Source: an uncultured Actinomycetota bacterium
GTDB lineage: Bacteria > Actinomycetota > Actinomycetes > DATJPE01
Assembly: GCA_963736655.1 (NCBI GenBank)
Contig: CAVTPM010000015.1
Location: forward strand, 455,449-519,448
Length of the DNA stretch: 64,000 bases
Reading direction: 5' to 3'
Of the stretch, positions 57,960 to 64,000 are shown piece after piece. How positions within the stretch are numbered: the first letter of the stretch is position 1; each line of letters opens with the position of its first letter. The notes beneath the pieces are model-generated. The model had not been told where the DNA came from. It searched no databases and saw nothing but the letters and a program-made list of their open reading frames with translations. The translations under genes and the position numbers were made by a program.

Positions 57960-58025
57960 GAAGCGGTCGAAGCAGGTCCATCGGATCCTGGCTCTCGGGG
58001 CGGCCGGCTCGTCTAACGTCGGCCC

Positions 58026-58991
58026 ATGGCGCCGACACCCGACTCGTACTTCGACACCTCCACCTGGGACCCGCGCGACGTGCTGTCCGGCGGGTCGCGC
58101 ATGGTGCCGATCACGCACGCCCAGCGGTGACTTCCGGGTGTGGACCAAGCGGGTCGGGAACAACCCCGACCTCAAGGTGCTCCTGCTGCACGGTGGTCCC
58201 GGGCGCGTCCGACGAGCTCTACGAGTGCTTCGACACCTGGTTCCCGGGCGCCGGCATCGAGTACTACTACTACGACCAGCTCGGGTCGTTCCGCAGCGAC
58301 CAGCCTGACGACCCTTCGCTGTGGGACCTGCCGCGGTTCGTCGACGAGGTCGAGCAGGTCCGCGCGCGCGCTGAACCTCGACGCGCAGCAACTTCGTGCT
58401 GCTCGGGCAGTCCTGGGGCGGCCTGCTCGCGATGGAGTACGCCGTGCACCACCAGGAGAACCTCAAGGGCCTGGTCATCTCGAACATGATGTCCAGCGCG
58501 CCGCTCTACAACGCCTACGCCACCGACGTGCTGATGCCGCACGATGGACCAGGCCGTGCTGGCGCAGATCAAGGAGCTCGAGGCTGACGGGCAGGACCGA
58601 CGATCCCGCGTACGAGGCGCTGCTGATGGAGCACCACTACGCGCTCCACGTCTGCCGGCTCCCGCTCGAGCGACTGGCCGGACCCGGTCATGCGCGCGTT
58701 CGCGCACATCAACCCGGCCATCTACGTCCCCATGCAAGGGACCGAGCGAGCTCGGTCTCAGCGGCACGCTCTCAGGACTGGGACCGCACCGGCGACCTGC
58801 AGGACATCGACGTGCCGACGCTCGTGATCGGCGCGACGCACGACACGATGGACCCGACTCACATGCGCTGGATGTCCGAACAGCTGCCGAAGGGCCGCTA
58901 CCTGCACTGCCCGAACGGCAGCCACTGCGCGCAGTTCGACGACCCCGAGCACTACTTCCCCGGACTGATCGACTTCCTGCACTCCCTGTAG
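58026..58991 (+). pseudogene. Proline iminopeptidase-family alpha/beta hydrolase, about 9 frameshifts
   Basis: Reconstructed across all three frames: MAPTPDSYF...MVPITHAQ / GDFRVWTKRVGNNPDLKVLLLHGGPG / SDELYECFDTWFPGAGIEYYYYDQLGSFRSDQPDDPSLWDLPRFVDEVEQVR / ALNLD / NFVLLGQSWGGLLAMEYAVHHQENLKGLVISNMM... / MDQAVLAQIKELEADG / DDPAYEALLMEHHYALHVCRLPLE / WPDPVMRAFAHINPAIYVPMQG / PSELGLSGTLS / DWDRTGDLQDIDVPTLVIGATHDTMDP...HYFPGLIDFLHSL*. Confidence 0.85.
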
Positions 58992-58995
58992 CGCG
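58955..58995. repeat. 41-bp direct repeat, copy 1 (last 11 codons plus stop of the iminopeptidase gene); 39/41 identical to 61559..61599
   Basis: cttccccggacTgatcgacttcctgcactccCtgtagcgcg compared with cttccccggacAgatcgacttcctgcactccTtgtagcgcg. Confidence 0.9.
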
Positions 58996-59039
58996 GGCAC
59001 CCTGAGCGATGCAGGGTTCTGCCGGGCCGACGCGACGGT

Positions 59040-61502
59040 TCAGCCCCGAACGCGTTCGAGGCCAGGATCGAGGAGCGGTTTCAGCGACGCCTGCGCACCG
59101 ACCAGCCTCCCGGCGACGTCGACTTCCCAACGACCGGCGCTCACGAGCGATCCGGTGATCGGCACCTCGAGGCTCACGAAGCCGATCCCGACGGCACCAC
59201 CGAGGGTGTGGCCGTAGGCACCTACTTGAAGGTGGCCGACAGCGTGCCCGTCGAGGTAGATGATCTCGTTGCCGAAGAGCAGGGGCTCGGGATCGCTCAG
59301 CAGGATCTGCAGCATGCGCCGCTTCGGCGTACCCGCCGCATGGATCGACGCGAGGGCTTCGCGTCCGATGAAACCGCCGGCCTTGTCGAGCCGCACGGCG
59401 AAGCCGAGCCCGGCTTCGATGGGGTTGTCGGTGTTGTCGACGTCCACCCCGAAATCGCGGTAGGCCTTCTCCAGACGCAGCGACGACAGCGTCTGCATGC
59501 CGGCGTTCCGGATGCCGAACCGGCGTCCGGCCTCCATCACGAGGTCGTACACCTGCACGGCGTGAAGGCTCGGGACGTGGAGCTCCCAGCCGAGCTCACC
59601 GACGTACGTCACGCGCAGTCGCCAGCACGTCGAAGTAGCCGACATCGATGCGGCGGGCGGACATGTACGGGAAGCCCTCGTTCGACACGTCGGCCTCGCT
59701 GATCGTGCTCATCAGGTCGCGCGCCCTGGGGCCGTGGACGTTGATCTGCGTGACCCCGGCAGTGATGTCGGTGATCGTCACGAACCGCTCCGGACTGGAG
59801 GTGCCGGCGCAGCCAGGTCTCGGTGTGGCCGTGGCTGTTCTCGCCGACCACGACCAAGAACGAGTCCGCCGCCAAGCGGGTGACGGTGAGGTCGGCCTCG
59901 AAGCCGCCTGCCTCGTTCGCCCACGCCGTGTAGACCACGCGGCCGGGTTCCACGTCGACGTCGTTGCAGCTCACCCGACCCAGCAGCTCGCACGCGTCGC
60001 GACCCTGGACGAGGAACTTCGACATCGAGGACATGTCGACCACGACGACGTCCTGCCGGGCCGCACGATGCTCCTCGGCGTGCCACTCGAACCAGTGCTG
60101 ACGGCCCCAGCTGTAGCGGTCGATATGGGCCTGCTCCGGCGTTGGTGCGAACCAGTCCGGGAGCTCCCAGCCGTGGCTCTCGGTGAAGTACGCCCCGGCC
60201 GTGGTGAGCCGGTCGTAGAGGACTGACTGCTTCAGCCCGCGGGCGGTCGTGAAGGTGCTGTTGGGGAAGTGGGCGCCGAAGCTCTTCGAGAGCAACTCCG
60301 GTGTCCGGGCGCGCCGGAACGCAGGCGTGTTGTGGGTGCCGTCCGCGAAGCGGTCGACGTTGAAGGCGGTGTGATCGACCGGGCACGCACCCTCGACCAT
60401 CCAGTGCGCGACCACCTTGCCGATCTCCGGGGCCGTACAGGATGCCGAGCGAGTTCAGCCCGGCGGCGACCCAGCAGTTGCGCAGGCCGGGTGCTTCACC
60501 GACGAGCGGTGAGAGGTCGGGGGTGAAGCTCTCCGGGCCGCAGAACAGCTTGCGGACGCCGACGTCGGCCGCTGCGGGTATCCGAGAGAACGCCAGTTCC
60601 ACGTGCGGTCCCATCCGATCCCAGTCGGGCTTGATCTCGCCGAAGGAGAAGTCGTCGGGGATCCGGTCGATGTTCCACGGCGCGGCGTCGGGCTCGAACA
60701 GCCCGATCATCATCCCGCCGACCTCCTCGCGGAAGTACGCCCAGGTGTGCGGGTCCTCGAGCAGCGGCAGGTCCCGGTGGACGCCCTCGATCGGCTCGGT
60801 GATGAGGTAGTAGTGCTCGGCTGCCTGCAGGGGGAGGTTGATCCCCGCTGCAGCCCCGATCTGACGCGACCACATTCCAGCCGCGATGACGACGTGCTCG
60901 GCTTCGATGTCACCCTTGTCGGTGCGGACCCCGACGGCGCGACCGTTCGCTGTCAGGATCTGCTCGACTCGGGTGTCCTCGAGGATCCGGGTCCCGAGGT
61001 CGCGAGCACCGCGCGCGAGCGCCATCGTCGTGTCGACCGGATTGACGCGCCCTTCGCGGGGAAACCAGTACGCGGCGAGCGTCGCGGAGAAGTCGCCGAT
61101 GGGGAACAGCTCCGCCGCTTCGGCCGGGGAGACCTCGTGCACCTCGATGCCCATGCGGTTCATGAAGGCCGACGCCCGCCTGCACTCCTCGACGCGTTCC
61201 GTCGTGTCGGCCGGCTGGATGTAGCCCACCTGGCGCCAGCCGGTGGCCTGACCGGTTCGCGCCTCGAGGTCAGCGATCAGGTCGCGTCCGTAGGTGTAGA
61301 GGTCGCACGCCCACTCGTCACCGAGCAGGCCTGGCACGACCTCTCCCGCGGCGTGCCAGGTGGTCCCCGACGTCAGCTTGTCGCGTTCGACCACCACGAC
61401 GTCGGTCCAGCCGAGGAGGTTGAGGTGATAGGCGATGTTGCAGCCGATCGAGCCGCCGCCGACGATGACGACCTGGGCCCGGGTGGGTCGGTGGCCGCTC
61501 AT
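59040..61502 (-). pseudogene. FAD-dependent oxidoreductase fused to aminomethyltransferase (GcvT) domains (dimethylglycine/sarcosine-dehydrogenase-like), 3 frameshifts (~60440, ~59790, ~59620)
   Basis: ORF 59778..61502(-) has VVIVGGGSIGCNIAYHL...TSGTTWHAAG...AAGLNSLGILYGPG. ORF 59609..60415(-) has IGKVVAHWMVEG...MSSMSKFLVQGRDA...VYTAWANEAGGFEADLTVTRL. ORF 59596..59781(-) has ITDITAGVTQINVHGPRARDLM...GFPYMSARRIDVG. ORF 59040..59645(-) has LRVTYVGELGWELHVP...LRLEKAYRDFG. Confidence 0.85.
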
Positions 61503-61558
61503 GCTCTGCCTCCGTTGCGAGGGTTGCGTGCGACGACCACCCTAGGCTTGGGTGGCTG

Positions 61559-61599
61559 CTTCCCCGGACAGATCGACTTCCTGCACTCCTTGTAGCGCG
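61559..61599. repeat. 41-bp direct repeat, copy 2 (orphan copy of the iminopeptidase 3' end, reads FPGQIDFLHSL*)
   Basis: See copy 1. This copy lies in the 115-nt gap between the DMGDH-like start (61502) and the pentapeptide/DinB start (61618). Confidence 0.9.
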
Positions 61600-61617
61600 A
61601 ACGGAGGCTTGTTGACC

Positions 61618-62367
61618 ATGACCACCTTCAGCCGGTCCGACGACCTGCAGGGAGCGGAGTTCGTCGACACGAACCTGCGCGGCGCCCGGTTCGTCGGCGC
61701 CGACCTGTCCGGGGTCGTGATGCGCGGCATCGAGATGCGCGAGGCAGAGATCGACTCCCCGTGGCTGACCGAGAACGACAACGTCCTGCTCGTCAACGGC
61801 GTCGACGTGATGCCGTACGTCGACGCGGAGCTCGACCGCCGCTTCCCCGGCCGCAACCTGCGTCGAGCCACCGACCCGGAGGGCCTGCGCGAGGCCTGGG
61901 CGGTGCTCGAGCGCACCTGGGCGGCGACCGTCGAGCGGGTCGCCACGATGCCGTCCGGCACCGTCGACGTGTCCGTGGCCGGCGAGTGGTCGTTCGCCCA
62001 GACGCTGCGCCACCTGGTCCTGGCCACGGACACCTGGCTGCGCCGAGCGGTCCAGGAGATCGAGCAGCCCTACCACCCGATCGGTCTGGTCTTCGCCGGC
62101 GCGGACGACGACGACCTGGACCTGTCGATCTTCAGGACGGACACGCCGTCCTACGCCGAGGTGCTCGAGGTCCGAGCCGATCGGGTCGCCCTGGTGCGGG
62201 ACTTCCTGGCCACGGTCACCCCGGAGCAGCTGGCCGAGACCCGCAGGAACCCGTGGTCGCCGGACCACGAGGAGACCGTGCTGTCCTGCCTGCACACGAT
62301 CCTCGAGGAGGAGTGGGAGCACCACCGGTACGCCGTACGCGACCTCGACACGATCGAGGCGTCCTGA
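61618..62367 (+). CDS. Pentapeptide-repeat N-terminus fused to a DinB-superfamily domain
   Basis: ORF 61552..62367 from MTTFSRSDDLQGAEFVDTNLRGARFVGADLSGVVMRG. The C-terminal part has WSFAQTLRHLVLATDTWL...HTILEEEWEHHRYAVRDL. Confidence 0.75.
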   Translation: MTTFSRSDDLQGAEFVDTNLRGARFVGADLSGVVMRGIEMREAEIDSPWLTENDNVLLVNGVDVMPYVDAELDRRFPGRNLRRATDPEGLREAWAVLERTWAATVERVATMPSGTVDVSVAGEWSFAQTLRHLVLATDTWLRRAVQEIEQPYHPIGLVFAGADDDDLDLSIFRTDTPSYAEVLEVRADRVALVRDFLATVTPEQLAETRRNPWSPDHEETVLSCLHTILEEEWEHHRYAVRDLDTIEAS

Positions 62368-62373
62368 GCCCGC

Positions 62374-62565
62374 TCAGCCAGTCAGGGTGAGCTGGCGGGG
62401 TAGGTGGGCCGTACCAGTGGTCGTCGACTCCCTCGAACCTGATCCCGCGTCGGGTTGCGTGGTGACCGTGATGGCGCGCTCGTGGACCCATGCGTGGGGT
62501 TCTCCCGACGTCGAGGACCTGACCCGCTGGTCCGAACACGACCCGGGTGACCTCGCTGTCACCCG
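62374..62565 (-). pseudogene. Remnant of a DUF222-HNH endonuclease gene (3' end only; HNH core deleted; frameshifted)
   Basis: ORF 62374..62562(-) and ORF 62216..62818(-) together read ...DSEVTRVVFGPAGQVLDVGRT / HAWVHERAI... / RFEGVDDHWYG / PRQLTLTG*. This matches the ends of 38278..39549 but lacks the ~57-aa block from QRTFTGPRRR to LLCWAH. Confidence 0.7.
62497..62562. repeat. 66-bp block identical to 38574..38639
   Basis: See 38574..38639. Confidence 0.9.
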
Positions 62566-62672
62566 ACCCCGACCTCACGGTGCTCCAGAAACCCGTCCGA
62601 AGCAGCTGCTCTGACGAGCACGTGGCCCGGGTTCGCGCAACCGGCTGACCGGGGCCGGCTGCGGACGGCACG

Positions 62673-64000
62673 ATGCCGAGCGTGAGCACCGGTGGCGCGC
62701 CAGGGCCGCGCATCCTCACCCCCGACCAGCGACCGCGGGTCTTCATCAGCTCGACCCTGCAGGAGCTGGCCGCCGAACGAGCTGCCGCGCGAGCAGCCGT
62801 CGAGCGGCTGCGCCTCATCCCGGTGATGTTCGAGCTCGGGGCGAGGCCCCACCCGGCGCGCTCTCTGTACCGCGCCTACCTGGCGCAGAGCCACGTGTTC
62901 GTGGGGCTGTACTTCGAGCGGTACGGATGGGTGGCGCCGGACGAGGAGGTCTCCGGCCTCGAGGACGAGTACCGACTCTCCGGCGGGCTACCCCGGCTCG
63001 TCTATCTCAAGGCGCCAGCCCCGGACCGCGAACCGAGACTGAGGGAGCTGCTCGACACCGTCCGCGCCGACGACACCGTGTCCTACAAGTCCTTCGGTTC
63101 ACCCGAAGAGCTCGAGGCGCTCCTCGGCGACGACCTCGCGGTCCTCATGGCCGAGCGCTTCCTGCTGGGTGGGCCGGAGTCGCCTGGCACACCCGCGGCC
63201 CAGGAACGTTCCGTCGCGCTCACCTCGAGGCGACCCGTCCCCGCTCCAGTGGACACGATGGTCGGACGCGACGAGGAGCTTGCCGAGCTGAAGAGGCTGC
63301 TCGAGTCCGACAACCGGCTGCTCACCGTGGTGGGACCCGGTGGGATCGGAAAGACCCGGCTGACCCTCGAGGCTGCGCGCCGGGCGGCGACCGGCTTCGG
63401 GCGGGACCAGATCTCCTTCGTCCCGCTCGAGGCGATCGACGACCCGGTGGACGTCCTGCCGGCCGTGGCGTCCTCGATCGGGCTGGGCCTCGACGGCGGG
63501 GTGCCGGTGCTGGACGCCCTGGCCGGTGCGTTCGGCGACCGGCCCTTCGTGCTGGTCCTCGACAACTTCGAGCAGGTGCTCCCGGCGGCGACCGACGTGG
63601 TCGAGCTCCTCACCCGCTGCCGCGGCCTGATCGTGCTGGTGACCAGCCGGGCCGCTCTGCGCGTACGCGGCGAATCCCTCTTCCCGCTGGGCCCGCTGTC
63701 CTTGACCGAAGAGGAGGGGACCGAGGAGTCAGCGGCCGTACGGCTGTTCGTCGAGCGAGCGAGGGCTGTGCGCCCGGGCTTCTCCCTCGACGATCCCGCT
63801 GACGCAGCCGCCATCGGCGAGCTGTGCCGCAGGCTGGACGGGATCCCGCTCGCGATCGAGCTCGCCGCCGGACGCAGCCGGCTGCTCCCACCGCGTGCCC
63901 TGCTCGACCGGCTCGGGTCGGCGCTCGACCTCGGGTCCGGTGCGGCCGACCTTCCGGCGCGGCAGCGGACCCTGCGGGACACGCTGGCCTGGAGCGAGCA
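62673..64000 (+). CDS. DUF4062 (TIR-like) N-terminal domain fused to an NB-ARC/STAND-type P-loop ATPase; 3' end beyond the window
   Basis: Not in the ORF track because it is open at the right edge. My translation from the ATG at 62673 has no stop in 442 codons: MPSVSTGG...RVFISSTLQELAAERAAAREAVERLRLIPVMFELGARPHPARSLYRAYLAQSHVFVGLYFERYGW (DUF4062 pattern). It continues ...MVGRDEELAELKRLLESDNRLLTVVGPGGIGKTRL (Walker A), FVLVLDNFEQV (Walker B), and CRRLDGIPLAIELAA (NB-ARC GxP-like). Confidence 0.8.
   Translation, partial: MPSVSTGGAPGPRILTPDQRPRVFISSTLQELAAERAAARAAVERLRLIPVMFELGARPHPARSLYRAYLAQSHVFVGLYFERYGWVAPDEEVSGLEDEYRLSGGLPRLVYLKAPAPDREPRLRELLDTVRADDTVSYKSFGSPEELEALLGDDLAVLMAERFLLGGPESPGTPAAQERSVALTSRRPVPAPVDTMVGRDEELAELKRLLESDNRLLTVVGPGGIGKTRLTLEAARRAATGFGRDQISFVPLEAIDDPVDVLPAVASSIGLGLDGGVPVLDALAGAFGDRPFVLVLDNFEQVLPAATDVVELLTRCRGLIVLVTSRAALRVRGESLFPLGPLSLTEEEGTEESAAVRLFVERARAVRPGFSLDDPADAAAIGELCRRLDGIPLAIELAAGRSRLLPPRALLDRLGSALDLGSGAADLPARQRTLRDTLAWSE

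Overview
The window is high-GC (roughly 70%) actinobacterial chromosome; a Nocardioides/Propionibacteriales-like origin is a guess from gene content only. It is gene-dense, mostly housekeeping and accessory metabolism. I found no rRNA, tRNA, CRISPR array, transposase or integrase.

Order of genes:
- GDE-like protein and GT4 glycosyltransferase
- PD40 lipoprotein, ECF sigma and anti-sigma-like module
- RCK potassium channel, SulP/STAS transporter, glutaredoxin-like/thioredoxin-reductase fusion
- ABC exporter pair
- ArsR plus two SRPBCC genes
- PlsC-like acyltransferase, P-type ATPase, YdeI-like protein, TMEM175-like channel
- ~1190-aa class III cyclase/AAA/TPR protein
- Stand-alone LigD polymerase domain
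- HxlR plus SQR-like oxidoreductase, methyltransferase, large SCO7613-like membrane protein
- NUDIX, cNMP-binding protein, PLC/GDPD-like protein, alpha/beta hydrolase, patatin
- Class I FBA, then divergent Qng1(DUF2419) and ribokinase
- Imm-like protein, NYN protein, Cys-rich protein, DUF222-HNH
- VOC, then ArsR plus SRPBCC, DinB, SNF2 helicase, FAD oxidase
- Sulfide-oxidation operon: CPVC membrane protein, TDT exporter, SQR, small ORF, CoADR-rhodanese, small Cys-rich ORF
- VOC, then PD40, anti-sigma-like and ECF sigma module
- PIG-L, DUF2892, small Cys-rich ORF, ECF sigma fused to a ZAS domain
- Proline iminopeptidase, DMGDH/sarcosine-dehydrogenase-like gene, pentapeptide-DinB, HNH remnant
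- DUF4062-NB-ARC STAND ATPase, running off the right edge

Main observations:
1. At least 22 genes have their product split over two or more frames, by my eye-count about 45 shifts. Where the lesion can be read it is mostly a +/-1 nt change in a short G/C run, and the shifts are strongly clustered in a few genes.
2. CsoR/CstR-type operator-like palindromes lie in front of the sulfide operon and, as a perfect 40-bp palindrome, in front of a small Cys-rich ORF plus sigma-ZAS unit. No CsoR-family gene is in the window. The two small Cys-rich ORFs are paralogues.
3. A 41-bp direct repeat brackets the DMGDH-like gene and duplicates the 3' end of the iminopeptidase gene.
4. A DUF222-HNH gene has an internally deleted remnant 24 kb away, next to the STAND ATPase.
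5. Two gene remnants (DUF4242 and an AraC HTH) abut head-to-head.

Function calls rest on motif recognition in the supplied translations; no database search was possible. Hand-indexed coordinates may be off by 1-2 nt.
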